Shown: positions 1 to 10,061, counted from the first letter of the stretch. The stretch: 64,000 nucleotides of DNA from Rhodobiaceae bacterium (GCA_020637855.1 JACKJR010000005.1:83340-147339); one strand, 5' to 3'. The notes: generated by a model from the letters alone, not told the origin. Made by a program: numbers and translations.

Positions 1-136
1 CCGGATGACGTTTCGACACGCCGCTTAGACCGCCCTTGCGTGCAAACGCAAGCCAATTCGCCGCATGGCCACGATGCGGGCCTTGCCGCCGGCGACCTTA
101 CGGGCAAAACTTGACGTTTGCCCAGGGAGGACCCGT

Positions 137-556
137 TTGGATCAGAAACCCGAAGCCGTTGGCGGGTGTATGTGCGGGGAGGTCCGCTACCAGGGTATCG
201 GTGCGCCGCTTCACATCGGTTATTGCCATTGCCGAAGCTGCCGTCATCACGGCGGGGCGGCGGTTGCGGGCATGCTGGTGTTCAAGCCGGAAAACGTCCG
301 CTTCACCAATGGGCAGATCAGCACCTACGAATCCTCATCAGGCATCCGGCGCGGCTTTTGCCGTCGCTGCGGCACGAGCCTGACATGGGAAGGCCACGGC
401 CTGATCTCGATTCATATCGGCACGCTGGACGATCCGGACAGCTTTCCTCCAACACTGCACTGGCGCTACGAGGAGCGCGCATCCTGGTTTGAGGATGCAG
501 CCGGTCTGCCTCATGTGCTGATGGAATTTCCGCCGTCTGACGAGGACACCACCTAG
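137..556 (+). CDS. GFA/CENP-V family Zn-binding protein
   Basis: Motifs GGCMCGEVRY, CHCRSC, GFCRRCGT. In-frame TTG at 137 follows GGAGG at 126-130; the ORF track starts at 65. Confidence 0.85.
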   Translation: MDQKPEAVGGCMCGEVRYQGIGAPLHIGYCHCRSCRHHGGAAVAGMLVFKPENVRFTNGQISTYESSSGIRRGFCRRCGTSLTWEGHGLISIHIGTLDDPDSFPPTLHWRYEERASWFEDAAGLPHVLMEFPPSDEDTT

Positions 557-568
557 CGGCGGTAGTGT

Positions 569-907
569 TTACAGCGCGTCTTCGCCGGTTTCTCTGGTGC
601 GGATGCGCATGACGTCGAGAAGGTCGAACACGAAGATCTTTCCATCCCCGATCTTGCCCGAATTTGCAGCCCGGCTGATCGCCTCGACGGCCTGTTCCGA
701 AGTTGCGCTCGGCACCGCTATCTCGATCTTCAGTTTGGGGACGAAGTTGATCTTGTATTCCGCTCCCCGGTAGATCTCGGTGTGTCCGCCCTGGCGCCCA
801 TAGCCCTTCACTTCGCTGACGGTCATGCCGGAGACGCCGAAGCCTGTCAGCGCCTCGCGAACGGCGTCGAGCCTGTGCGGCTGGATAATGGCGACGATGT
901 ATTTCAT
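569..907 (-). CDS. glnK: P-II nitrogen regulatory protein
   Basis: MKYIVAIIQP start, T-loop GHTEIYRGAEY with the uridylylatable Tyr, GKIGDGKIFV, RIRT. Linked to an Amt gene, hence glnK rather than glnB. Confidence 0.93.
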   Translation of the reverse strand: MKYIVAIIQPHRLDAVREALTGFGVSGMTVSEVKGYGRQGGHTEIYRGAEYKINFVPKLKIEIAVPSATSEQAVEAISRAANSGKIGDGKIFVFDLLDVMRIRTRETGEDAL

Positions 908-985
908 GGATTTCAAACCTTCCTGGAAGTCCGGAGTCATTCAGGCAATACAGAACTGCCTTCATGGCGCCATATCTTGAATTGG

Positions 986-1035
986 ACGTAATTTCGGACG
1001 GAAAACCGCTCCACATTTTTCCTGAAATTGCTCTA
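986..1035 (-). repeat. Intergenic palindromic repeat, diverged copy 1
   Basis: Minus strand TAGAGCAATTTCAGGAAAAATGTGGAGCGGTTTTCCGTCCGAAATTACGT resembles the copies at 25455 and 62218. It begins at the amtB TAG stop. Confidence 0.85.
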
Positions 1036-2238
1036 GAGCCGGTAGCCGGTCTCGCCGTGCTCGGCAAGGTCGAGGCCCTGCAATTCGGCTTCGGCATCGG
1101 TACGCAGTCCTGTGAGGGCCTGCGTGATCTTGATGATGATGAAGCTCGCGATGGCCGAGAACGCAACCACGCTCGCCACGCCGATAAACTGCACGCCGAA
1201 CTGGGTGACGACGCCGGTTTCAAGTCCCGCGCCGCCGAATGCGGCCGTTGCGAGAAAGCCGGTCAGCAGTGTTCCGGTGATGCCGCCGACGCCATGCACG
1301 GCCATGACGTCGAGTGAGTCGTCGATGCGCAACCGGAATTTGACGAAGTCGACGGCGACGTAACAGATGAGACCGCCGGCAAGACCGAGAAGAACGCCGC
1401 CGAGCGGGCCGACGAAACCCGATGCCGGCGTCACGGTGGCAAGCCCCGCAATCGTGCCTGTGACGAGGCCAACCATGCTTGGCTTGCCGAAGCGCTTCCA
1501 CTCGATCGCCATCCACACCAGAGAGGCGGTAGCCGCCGACAGGTGGGTTGCGAGGATCGCCATCGCCGCATCACCGTTCGCGGCAAGCGCGCTGCCGCCG
1601 TTGAAGCCGAACCAGCCGACCCACAGCATCGCGGCACCGACCATCACCATCCACGGCGCGTGCGGCGGATGAACATCGTCGGGGAAACCCTTGCGGGGTT
1701 TCAGCATGGCAGCGATGACGATGGCGGAAATGCCCGCCGTGGCATGGACGACGATGCCGCCGGCGAAATCCATCACGCCCATCTTGGCGAGCCAGCCACC
1801 GCCCCATACCCAGTGCGTGACCGGCACGTAGACGACGAGCAGCCACAGCATCGAGAACAGCATGACGGCGGAAAACCTGATGCGCTCGACGAATGCGCCG
1901 ACGATCAGCGCCGGCGTGATGATGGCGAATGTCATCTGAAACATGGCGAAGGCGGTTTCGGGAATTGCACCGCTCAGCCCATCGCGCGCGATGGAAAACA
2001 GGAACACTTTGGACAACCCGCCGAGGATCGCCGAGCCCTCGCTGAACGCGAGGCTGTATCCGCAGATGAACCACACCAGCGAGGCACCGCAGGCGATACC
2101 GGTACACTGCATCAGCACCGACAGGATATTGCGCGATTGAACGAGGCCCGCATAAAACAGCGCCAGCCCCGGAAGTGTCATGAAAAGCACCAGCGCCGTG
2201 GATGTGAGAATCCACGCGGTGTCGCCGCTGTCGATCAT
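1033..2238 (-). CDS. amtB: Ammonium transporter (Amt family)
   Basis: FQMTFAIIT, HWVWGGG, DFAGGIVVH, WFGFNGGS, AVHGVGG (twin His intact), C-terminal GLDLAEHGE. Confidence 0.96.
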   Translation of the reverse strand: MIDSGDTAWILTSTALVLFMTLPGLALFYAGLVQSRNILSVLMQCTGIACGASLVWFICGYSLAFSEGSAILGGLSKVFLFSIARDGLSGAIPETAFAMFQMTFAIITPALIVGAFVERIRFSAVMLFSMLWLLVVYVPVTHWVWGGGWLAKMGVMDFAGGIVVHATAGISAIVIAAMLKPRKGFPDDVHPPHAPWMVMVGAAMLWVGWFGFNGGSALAANGDAAMAILATHLSAATASLVWMAIEWKRFGKPSMVGLVTGTIAGLATVTPASGFVGPLGGVLLGLAGGLICYVAVDFVKFRLRIDDSLDVMAVHGVGGITGTLLTGFLATAAFGGAGLETGVVTQFGVQFIGVASVVAFSAIASFIIIKITQALTGLRTDAEAELQGLDLAEHGETGYRL

Positions 2239-2322
2239 TGAAATCCCCCTGTTTCCCCCTGGGTCTGTACTGCGACCCGCGCGCCGCAGCCTTATCAGGT
2301 GGATGCGCGCGCAAATTTGATC

Positions 2323-2339
2323 TGCCTTAAATCTAGGCA
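2323..2339. promoter_or_regulatory. Probable NtrC-binding site upstream of amtB
   Basis: TGCCTTAAATCTAGGCA fits TGC-N11-GCA, inside the inverted repeat ATCTGCCT-N7-AGGCAGAT (2320-2342), about 85 bp before the amtB start. Confidence 0.65.
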
Positions 2340-2369
2340 GATTGCAAAGGGATTAGGCGGAAAAGAAGC

Positions 2370-2654
2370 CTAACTGTCGTGCCGGTCGCGGCTGGAGGTC
2401 TTCATGATCCGCATGATGATCCACACCGGGAACACGATCACCGCACCGAGCAGGAAGTAGTTGAAAGCATCGATAATGACGCCGAAGCCCAGATCGTAGA
2501 GGCGCGCGATCAGGCTGCGGAAACCCTCGATGATGTCATACGGGCTGATGTGGAGCACCGACAGCACAAGGCCGACGATCAGCGACAGGATCGCCAGACG
2601 CACCAGAACCCATAACGGCGGGCCGCCGAAGAAGCGGTCGAGAGCATTGTTCAT
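2370..2654 (-). CDS. Small membrane protein, DUF6460-like
   Basis: RFFGGPPLWVLVRLAILSLIVG and YFLLGAVIVFPVW with two hydrophobic segments; resembles a conserved Rhizobiales protein. Confidence 0.7.
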   Translation of the reverse strand: MNNALDRFFGGPPLWVLVRLAILSLIVGLVLSVLHISPYDIIEGFRSLIARLYDLGFGVIIDAFNYFLLGAVIVFPVWIIMRIMKTSSRDRHDS

Positions 2655-2704
2655 GGCGTTCACATAACCATCACCACGGGGTCCGGCAAGATGTGTGGCG
2701 CGTT

Positions 2705-3928
2705 TCAGCCGGCAAGTTGCAGCAGTTCACTGGCAATCAGGACGGCGCTGGTCAGCGCGCCGACAACAGCCACGGGCCGCGCGCGCACCAGAACGCGCGC
2801 CGCATCGGGCTTGCCCGCCACGATCACCAGCGAAATGTTGACCAGCATGAAAACGCTTAAAGTCACCAGGCTGGTAACCTGCGCCAGGCGGACAAGCTCG
2901 AAGGAAATGGTCAGGATGGCGATGGTTGCCGCGACAACGAGTGTCGCACGCACCGGCGTCTGCAGCCTTTCGTGCGCCACGCCGAAGACGGGATGGATCA
3001 GCCCTTCCCGCGACATGCCGTAGAGGACACGGGCGGCCATGATGATCTGCACCAGGATGCCGTTTGTCATGGCTATGCCGGCTATCCCTGAGATCGGCGC
3101 CGGGCTCCATCCGGTAACGGCGTGATAGACGAAGGCGAGCGGCGCCTCGCTGTGCGCCAGTCCGGCGCGGTCGGGTATAGCGACCGCAACCAGCGAGACC
3201 AGCACGTAGACGATCACGGTGATGCCCAGAGTCCACAGGATCGCACGCGGCAGGACGCGCGGCGCATCAACGGTCTCCTCGGCCATGTTCTCGATGTCCT
3301 CGAAACCGATGAAGGCGAAGAAGGCAATGATACTGCCTGACAGGATCGCCGCCCACGATACGGCGTCGGCTGGTGGCGTGAACCCCTTCACATAGGTTGC
3401 GGGATCGGCCAGCAGCGGGCTGCCCGCGATGACCACGATGATCAGCGCCGAGAGTTCGATAACGGTAATAACGGCTGCGAAGATGACGCTTTCGCGCACA
3501 CCGTAACAAGCGACGGCACTCAGAATTGCGATCACTCCCAGCGCCAATACCGGTTGGGGCAGGGGGAGCAATGTTCCCACGTAACCGGCGAAAGCCAGCG
3601 CGATGACGGCGCTGGACAGCAATCCCGTCGCCACCATGGCAAGCCCGACGATGCGTCCGGCAAAAGGACCGATGCCGAGCGTTACGAAAACCGCTTCGCC
3701 GGCGGCGCGCGGATAGACGCTGGCGAAGGCCGCATAGGAGAGGCCCGTCAGCGCGGCGATCAGTCCGGCCAGCAGGAAGGAAATGGGAGCCGAATCACCG
3801 GCAAGCCGCGTGATCTCGCCGATCAGCGCGAAGATGCCCGCGCCCACCGTCACTCCGACGCCATAGAAGACGAGCAGCGGCAGGCCAAGCGTGCGTTTCA
3901 GGCTGGTTGGTTGGTGCGCGGCATCCAT
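2705..3928 (-). CDS. APC-family amino acid permease
   Basis: GVTVGAGIF, PRAAGE, FFAFIGFE, AEE, ARVLYGMSREG; about 12 hydrophobic segments. Confidence 0.9.
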   Translation of the reverse strand: MDAAHQPTSLKRTLGLPLLVFYGVGVTVGAGIFALIGEITRLAGDSAPISFLLAGLIAALTGLSYAAFASVYPRAAGEAVFVTLGIGPFAGRIVGLAMVATGLLSSAVIALAFAGYVGTLLPLPQPVLALGVIAILSAVACYGVRESVIFAAVITVIELSALIIVVIAGSPLLADPATYVKGFTPPADAVSWAAILSGSIIAFFAFIGFEDIENMAEETVDAPRVLPRAILWTLGITVIVYVLVSLVAVAIPDRAGLAHSEAPLAFVYHAVTGWSPAPISGIAGIAMTNGILVQIIMAARVLYGMSREGLIHPVFGVAHERLQTPVRATLVVAATIAILTISFELVRLAQVTSLVTLSVFMLVNISLVIVAGKPDAARVLVRARPVAVVGALTSAVLIASELLQLAG

Positions 3929-3965
3929 TCAAACATTTTGCGGGAAGCGTTTCGAAGCTTCAATG

Positions 3966-5630
3966 CTAATCGGCTTTGGTTCCACCTGCTTTGCGTCGAG
4001 GCAAGAGGCGGGTGAGGTTGCTCAGCGTATCGGCCTCGCGCGATGGCTTGTCCCAGCGGATGCGCGCGATGCGGGGAAATCGCATGGCGATGCCGGACTT
4101 GTGGCGGGTGGACGAGTTCAAACCTTCGAAGGCGATTTCCAGGACGAGCCCTGTTTCGGCATCTGCCCGTACCGCCCGCACCGGCCCGAAGCGGTCGACG
4201 GTGTTGTCGCGCACAAACTTGTCGAGGCGATTCAATTCCTCGTCGGTGAAACCGGAATAGGCTTTGCCGACGGGAACCAGCTCCGGTCCCCCTTCGCCCT
4301 TACGCCAGACACCGAACGTGTAGTCGGAATAGAGCGAAGAGCGCTTGCCGTGCCCGCGCTGGGCATACATCAGCACCGCATCGACATTGAACGGATCGCG
4401 CTTCCACTTGAACCACGGTCCTTTGGGCCGGCCTGCTTCGTAGATGCTGTCGTTACGCTTCAGCATCACACCTTCCACCGCGTCGGCGTCGTGAGCGGCA
4501 CCGGCGCAGATCGGATCGGCGCGCGCTGTAGCAAGCTCGTCCCAGGTGTCGAACGGGACATTCGGCGACAGGTCGACCCTGTCGCTTTCGATTGTATCGA
4601 TGAAAAGTTCGAGTCGCTTGCGGCGCTCCGCGAAGGGCAGGGGGCGCAGGTCCTCACCACCGGCCACCAGCAGATCGTAGGCTCGGATGTGGGCAGGAAA
4701 CTCAACCAGCATCTTGCGCGTCACGCTCTTGCGGTTGAGCCGCTGTTGCAGCGAATTGAATGGCTGCACCGCGCGGTCACGCATCACGAGCAACTCGCCA
4801 TCGATGGCGCCATCAAAATCGAGCGCCTCGAGGATATCCGGGAAGGCGCCGGAAATGTCATCTCCGGTGCGCGAATAAAGCCGGCGTATCGGGCGGCCCT
4901 GCTTGTCGCTCGCGCCGACAGCCTGAACCCGGATGCCGTCCCATTTCCATTCGGCTGCGAAGTCGTTTGCGTCGAGGGCTTCAAGATCGGTATCGCCGAG
5001 CGGCTGCGCCAGCATCACCGGACGGAACGGCGCCGGATCGTCGTTTGCCGGTCGCGGTCCTGTTCCGAGTGCCCAGGCGAACAGCGCCTCGTAGGGCGGC
5101 TTCTGGCCATGCCAGATTTCCTCGATGTCACTCAGCGGAACATCGCTCAAGCCTGCCAGCGCGATCTTGGCGAGCCGCGCCGACACACCGATGCGCAAGC
5201 CCCCGGTTATGAGTTTGAGAAAGGCCCAGCGTCCGGTTTCGTCGAGCCGGTCGAGCATGCCGGCAACGATGGCGGGGAGCGTGGCTCGGGTTGCGCCATC
5301 CAGCAATGCTACCACGTCACTCAGCGCGGGAGCGGGATCATTGGCGCTTGCGTGTTCAGGCACGGGCCAGATCAGCGACACGGTTTCCGACAGGTCGCCG
5401 ACATAATCGTAGGAGAGGCGGAACAGCAATGGATCGACACGCTCTTCCACCAGCGCACGCACCAGCCCAGGTTTGGCGTATCGAAAGTCGAGCGAGCCGG
5501 TCAGCGCGGCGAGTGCATAGCCGCGGTCCGGGTCCGGTGTTTCGCGAAAGTAAGCCTGCATCAGCCGCAGCTTGCCGTTCTTCTGCGGTGTCAGGATCAG
5601 GCGTTCGATGAGGTTGGCGAAAGCGCGCAT
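3966..5630 (-). CDS. ATP-dependent DNA ligase (DNA-damage-response cluster type)
   Basis: Adenylation motif EWKWDGIR, DGEL, EGVMLK, WFKWK, OB-fold SGIAMRFPRI. Start MRAFANL at 5630. Confidence 0.93.
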   Translation of the reverse strand: MRAFANLIERLILTPQKNGKLRLMQAYFRETPDPDRGYALAALTGSLDFRYAKPGLVRALVEERVDPLLFRLSYDYVGDLSETVSLIWPVPEHASANDPAPALSDVVALLDGATRATLPAIVAGMLDRLDETGRWAFLKLITGGLRIGVSARLAKIALAGLSDVPLSDIEEIWHGQKPPYEALFAWALGTGPRPANDDPAPFRPVMLAQPLGDTDLEALDANDFAAEWKWDGIRVQAVGASDKQGRPIRRLYSRTGDDISGAFPDILEALDFDGAIDGELLVMRDRAVQPFNSLQQRLNRKSVTRKMLVEFPAHIRAYDLLVAGGEDLRPLPFAERRKRLELFIDTIESDRVDLSPNVPFDTWDELATARADPICAGAAHDADAVEGVMLKRNDSIYEAGRPKGPWFKWKRDPFNVDAVLMYAQRGHGKRSSLYSDYTFGVWRKGEGGPELVPVGKAYSGFTDEELNRLDKFVRDNTVDRFGPVRAVRADAETGLVLEIAFEGLNSSTRHKSGIAMRFPRIARIRWDKPSREADTLSNLTRLLPRRKAGGTKAD

Positions 5631-5671
5631 TAACTTGCAGTCCGCAGGTTCGCCTGCCATTGAGTTGGGCC

Positions 5672-6355
5672 ATGACAGCTAGCGACAACAGCCCGAAGCC
5701 CTTCATCCTGCGCGAGGCCGCAGGCGATGGCGCGCGTCTGAACGCACCGGCGGCGGAACGCAACCAGCAGCCGATCATCGAAACCCTGTCGCGTGCGTTG
5801 AACGATGCTGGCCTCTCCGGCAGACAATTGCTGGCGCTGGAGATCGCCAGTGGCACCGGGCAGCATGTTGCCGCTTTCGCAAAAGCTTATCCCGATATTC
5901 ACTGGCAGCCGTCCGACGGTGATGGGCAGGCGCTCGCCAGCATCGCTGCCTGGCGCAATCATGCGAAAACGGACAACATCGCCGAGCCGATCCACCTTGA
6001 TTTGCTTGCCCCCCGATGGACGCAGATCATCGAAGCGCCGCTCGGGCTCATTTTCGCGTCCAACCTGCTGCACATCTCGCCTTGGGAAGTGACGCAGTCG
6101 TTTCTCGCAGGCGCTAAGACGCTGCTTGCTCCTGCCGGGATTGCCTTCGTCTACGGGTGTTTCAAGCGCGATGGCGATTGGGTGTCGGACAGCAACCGTG
6201 CCTTCGATGAAAGCCTCAAAAGCCGCGATGCGCGCTGGGGGTTGCGTGACACGGCGGACGTCGCCGCCGAGGCTGCTCATCGTGGCCTTGCCGTCCGCGA
6301 GATTGTCGCCATGCCGGCCAACAACACGGCGATGATTTTCGCGCATCAGGGTTGA
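5672..6355 (+). CDS. DUF938 class I SAM-dependent methyltransferase
   Basis: APAAERN, LEIASGTGQH, WQPSD, NLLHISPW, SNRAFDESL, MPANN. Confidence 0.88.
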   Translation: MTASDNSPKPFILREAAGDGARLNAPAAERNQQPIIETLSRALNDAGLSGRQLLALEIASGTGQHVAAFAKAYPDIHWQPSDGDGQALASIAAWRNHAKTDNIAEPIHLDLLAPRWTQIIEAPLGLIFASNLLHISPWEVTQSFLAGAKTLLAPAGIAFVYGCFKRDGDWVSDSNRAFDESLKSRDARWGLRDTADVAAEAAHRGLAVREIVAMPANNTAMIFAHQG

Positions 6356-6360
6356 GGTCA

Positions 6361-7386
6361 TCAGTCGCCCTCGTCCTCATAGCCGACCAGCGCCAGTGGC
6401 TTGGCCGCGTAGCCGTTCAGTTCCGCCCAGCGTGCAAGCGCATCGTCGCGTCCGTGGGTAATCCAGACCTCCCGCGGATCGACCTCGCGGATCGTGGCGG
6501 TCAGTTCGTTCCAGTCGGCATGGTCGGAAATCACCAGCGGCAGTTCGATGCCGCGCTGCTTTGCCCTTTGACGAATCCGCATCCAGCCTGACGCGAAGCC
6601 CTCGAGAGGATCGGCGAAGCGCCGCGCCCAGTTTTCCGAGAACGCCGATGGCGGACCGACGACGATCTTTCCGGCGAAATCGTTCTTCGCCTCGCGCGCC
6701 TTGCCGTTGACGGTTGCGGGGCGGAGTTCGCCTAAGCTCACACCATTCGCCTCGTAGAGATCGCACAGCGCTTTCAGCGCGCCGTGGATGAAGACCGGTT
6801 CGTCGTAACCGGTGTCGCGGATCAGCTTGATGACCCGCTGCGCCTTGCCGAGCGAATAGGCGCCGACGAGATGGGTGCGTTCGGGAAACCGCTGCAGCGA
6901 GGTCATCAGTTTGGCGATCTCGTCTGCCGCCGGTGGGTGTCTGAACACAGGAAGCGCGAAGGTCGCCTCGGTGACGAAGACATCCGCCTTCACCGTCTCG
7001 AATCCGGTGCAGGTCGGATCGGCGCTGCGCTTGTAGTCGCCGGAAACGACGATGCGCAGGCCCTTCCATTCGATGACGACTTGCGCCGAGCCGAGGACAT
7101 GCCCGGCAGGCACTAGCGTCACGTCAACGCCATTGATCGAGATGCATTCGCCATACGCGATCGCTTGGCGTTCTTGCGCGTGCCCGGCACCCATGCGGGA
7201 CGCCATGATGGCGAGCGTTTCCGGCGTCGCCAGCGCTCGTCGGTGGCCGGGGCGGGCATGGTCGGAATGCCCGTGCGTGATCACCGCGCGTTCGACCCCG
7301 CGCACCGGATCGACGAAGAAATCCCCGGGCGGACAGTAAAGTCCGGCGGGTGTGGGACGTAAGAGGTCGGCGGGGCGGATCGGCAT
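6361..7386 (-). CDS. Ligase-associated DNA damage response exonuclease (metallo-beta-lactamase fold)
   Basis: THGHSDH, AGHVLGSAQ, SGDYK, TEATF, YSLGKAQR, SDHADW, THG. Confidence 0.92.
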   Translation of the reverse strand: MPIRPADLLRPTPAGLYCPPGDFFVDPVRGVERAVITHGHSDHARPGHRRALATPETLAIMASRMGAGHAQERQAIAYGECISINGVDVTLVPAGHVLGSAQVVIEWKGLRIVVSGDYKRSADPTCTGFETVKADVFVTEATFALPVFRHPPAADEIAKLMTSLQRFPERTHLVGAYSLGKAQRVIKLIRDTGYDEPVFIHGALKALCDLYEANGVSLGELRPATVNGKAREAKNDFAGKIVVGPPSAFSENWARRFADPLEGFASGWMRIRQRAKQRGIELPLVISDHADWNELTATIREVDPREVWITHGRDDALARWAELNGYAAKPLALVGYEDEGD

Positions 7387-7472
7387 GGCACATCGAAGAT
7401 AGGAGCAGGTCAGCGCGAAGGCGAGAGCCGGGGGCTTTGCTTCGGATGTGAACTTGCTCTAGCTCTCAACGG

Positions 7473-10061
7473 GTGAACACCGAAGCCGCCCCCGTTTCGC
7501 CCGATCTGCCGCCGGTCTTCGCGGACTGGTTTTCCGCGCGTGGATGGGCTCCACGACGTCACCAGCTCGACCTGCTGGCTGCGCGGGAGAAGGGTGCATC
7601 GGTCTTGCTCATTGCGCCGACCGGCGCGGGCAAGACGCTGGCCGGCTTCCTGCCGAGCCTGATCGAAATTCACACGCGGGGTTACAAACCTGCAACCGAG
7701 CGTCCTGAAAGCCCGCTGCGCGAACTGATGGCAGCCGGCGACACCAGGGCCGCGCTGGAGGCAATGCGCGAGGCAAGAAAGCGCCCCTCGCGGCTGCACA
7801 CGCTCTATGTCTCGCCCTTGAAAGCGCTTGCCGTCGACATTGCCCGCAACCTTGAAACGCCGATCGCAGAGATGGGTCTGGACATCCGCGTCGAAACGCG
7901 CACCGGCGATACGGCAAGCGCCAGGCGCCAGCGGCAGAAATCCGATCCTCCCGACATCCTGCTGACGACGCCGGAGCAGATCGCCCTGCTGATCGCCAGC
8001 AAGGAGGCTGAGGAACTTTTCGCCTCGCTGAAGACGGTCGTGCTTGATGAATTGCATGCGCTGGTGACGTCGAAGCGCGGCGACCTGCTGGCGCTCGGAC
8101 TGGCGCGTTTGCGCGCGCTCAGCAGCAATCTGCGCACGGTCGGCCTGTCGGCTACCGTCGCCGATCCTGACGCGCTGCGCCGCTATCTCGTGCCGCAGCC
8201 ACGGGAAGGCGAGGTGCTGGCCGATCTCGTTATGGCCGACCCCGGCGCGAAGCCGGATGTATCGATCCTCGCCAGCGATGAGCGCGTGCCGTGGTCGGGT
8301 CACACTACGCGATACGCGATTCCAGACATCTACCGGCTGATCAGCGAGAACAACCTGACCCTCGTCTTCGTCAACACCCGCAGCCAGGCTGAAATGACGT
8401 TTCAGGAACTCTGGGCGGTAAATGATGACGCTTTGCCGATCGCCCTGCATCACGGTTCGCTCGATGTCGGTCAGCGCCGTAAGGTCGAGGCCGCCATGGC
8501 TGTGGGGTCCCTGCGCGCGGTGGTCTGCACATCGACGCTCGACCTCGGTATTGACTGGGGCGACGTCGATCAGGTCATCCATGTCGGTGCGCCGAAAGGC
8601 GCGAGCCGGCTGGCACAGCGTATCGGCCGCGCCAACCATCGGATCAACGAGCCGTCGCGCGCCGTGCTGGTACCGTCGAACCGCTTCGAGGTGATGGAGT
8701 GCCGCGCGGCGGTCGCAGCACTTGCCGAAGGCGCGCAGGACACCCCGCCGCTGATGCCAGGCAGCCTCGACGTTCTGTGCCAGCATATCCTTGGTTGCGC
8801 CGTCGGCGCGCCCTTCGACGCAGACGATCTGTTCTGCGAGGTGGCGTCCGCAGCTCCTTATGCCCATCTGAACCGGGAGACATTCGATCGCGCGCTCGAA
8901 TTCGTCGCCACCGGCGGCTACGCGCTGCGCGCCTACGAGCGCCACGCCCGCATCAGGAAACGCAACGACGGCAAGTGGCGCGTCGCCAATCCTCGCGTTG
9001 CCCAGACCTACCGGCTCAATGTCGGCACCATCGTCGAGGAGGCGATGCTGAAGGTCCGCCTCGTCAAGGCGGGGTCCAGGACGCCGCGCGGCGGCATGTG
9101 GCTTGGCGAGATCGAGGAATGGTTCGTCAGCCAGATGGAGCCCGGCGATACTTTCATCTTCGCTGGTCACGTGCTGAGCCTCGTCGGCATCCGCGAAACC
9201 GAGGTCTATGTTTCCAAGACCGTGTCGCGCGACCCCAAGATTCCCTCCTACATGGGCGGCAAGTTCCCGCTCTCGACCTACCTTGCAGAACGTGTGCGCG
9301 ACATGGTCGCAGAGCCGAAGCAGTGGAAGCTGATGGGGGCGCAGGTGGCCGAATGGCTGCGGCTTCAATCGCTGCGCTCGGTCAATCCGGGCCGCGATCA
9401 GCTGCTGGTGGAAACCTTTCCGCGCGCTGGCCGGCATTACCTTGTCTGCTACCCCTTCGACGGCAGGCTGTGCCACCAGACGTTGGGCATGCTGCTCACC
9501 CGGCGGCTGGAGCGTATGGGCGCGCGGCCCATGGGGTTCGTCGCCAGCGAATACGCGCTCGCCGTCTGGGGGCTTGGCGATCTCTCGCTGCTGATTGATA
9601 CGGGAAGGTTGTCGCTGGCGGACCTGTTCGACGAGGATATGCTGGGCGACGACCTGGAAGCCTGGCTGGATGAATCCTCGCTGTTCAAGCGCACGTTCCG
9701 CACCTGCGCCACGATAGCCGGATTGATCGAGCGCCGACATCCCGGCAAGGAGAAGACCGGCCGGCAGATGACGGTTTCCTCCGATCTCATCTACGACGTG
9801 CTGCGGACTCATGAGCCGAACCACATCCTGATGCAGGCGACCCGCAACGATGCCCGCACCGGGCAATTGGACATCGGCCGTCTCGGTGCCATGCTGTCGC
9901 GCACCAGGGGCCGAATCGTCCATAAGGCACTTGACCGCGTTTCGCCGCTGGCGGTGCCGGTGCTGCTCGACATCGGGCGCGAGTTCATCGCAGGCGAAGC
10001 CAACGAGGAACTGCTCGCCGAGGCTGCCGACGACCTGATCCGCGAAGCCATGGAGACTTGA
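7473..10061 (+). CDS. Ligase-associated DExH-box helicase (Lhr-core)
   Basis: APTGAGKT, SPLKAL, TTPE, DELH, GLSAT, HHGSL, TSTLDLGID, QRIGRANH. Confidence 0.93.
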   Translation: MNTEAAPVSPDLPPVFADWFSARGWAPRRHQLDLLAAREKGASVLLIAPTGAGKTLAGFLPSLIEIHTRGYKPATERPESPLRELMAAGDTRAALEAMREARKRPSRLHTLYVSPLKALAVDIARNLETPIAEMGLDIRVETRTGDTASARRQRQKSDPPDILLTTPEQIALLIASKEAEELFASLKTVVLDELHALVTSKRGDLLALGLARLRALSSNLRTVGLSATVADPDALRRYLVPQPREGEVLADLVMADPGAKPDVSILASDERVPWSGHTTRYAIPDIYRLISENNLTLVFVNTRSQAEMTFQELWAVNDDALPIALHHGSLDVGQRRKVEAAMAVGSLRAVVCTSTLDLGIDWGDVDQVIHVGAPKGASRLAQRIGRANHRINEPSRAVLVPSNRFEVMECRAAVAALAEGAQDTPPLMPGSLDVLCQHILGCAVGAPFDADDLFCEVASAAPYAHLNRETFDRALEFVATGGYALRAYERHARIRKRNDGKWRVANPRVAQTYRLNVGTIVEEAMLKVRLVKAGSRTPRGGMWLGEIEEWFVSQMEPGDTFIFAGHVLSLVGIRETEVYVSKTVSRDPKIPSYMGGKFPLSTYLAERVRDMVAEPKQWKLMGAQVAEWLRLQSLRSVNPGRDQLLVETFPRAGRHYLVCYPFDGRLCHQTLGMLLTRRLERMGARPMGFVASEYALAVWGLGDLSLLIDTGRLSLADLFDEDMLGDDLEAWLDESSLFKRTFRTCATIAGLIERRHPGKEKTGRQMTVSSDLIYDVLRTHEPNHILMQATRNDARTGQLDIGRLGAMLSRTRGRIVHKALDRVSPLAVPVLLDIGREFIAGEANEELLAEAADDLIREAMET

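Noticed and set aside
2311-2326. Sigma54 promoter for amtB (GGCAGATCAAATTTGC on the minus strand)
   Set aside because: GG-to-GC spacing is 12, not the required 10.
7387-7472. LexA box in the exonuclease/helicase divergent promoter
   Set aside because: Only single GAAC half-sites; no GAAC-N7-GAAC or GTTC-N7-GTTC match.
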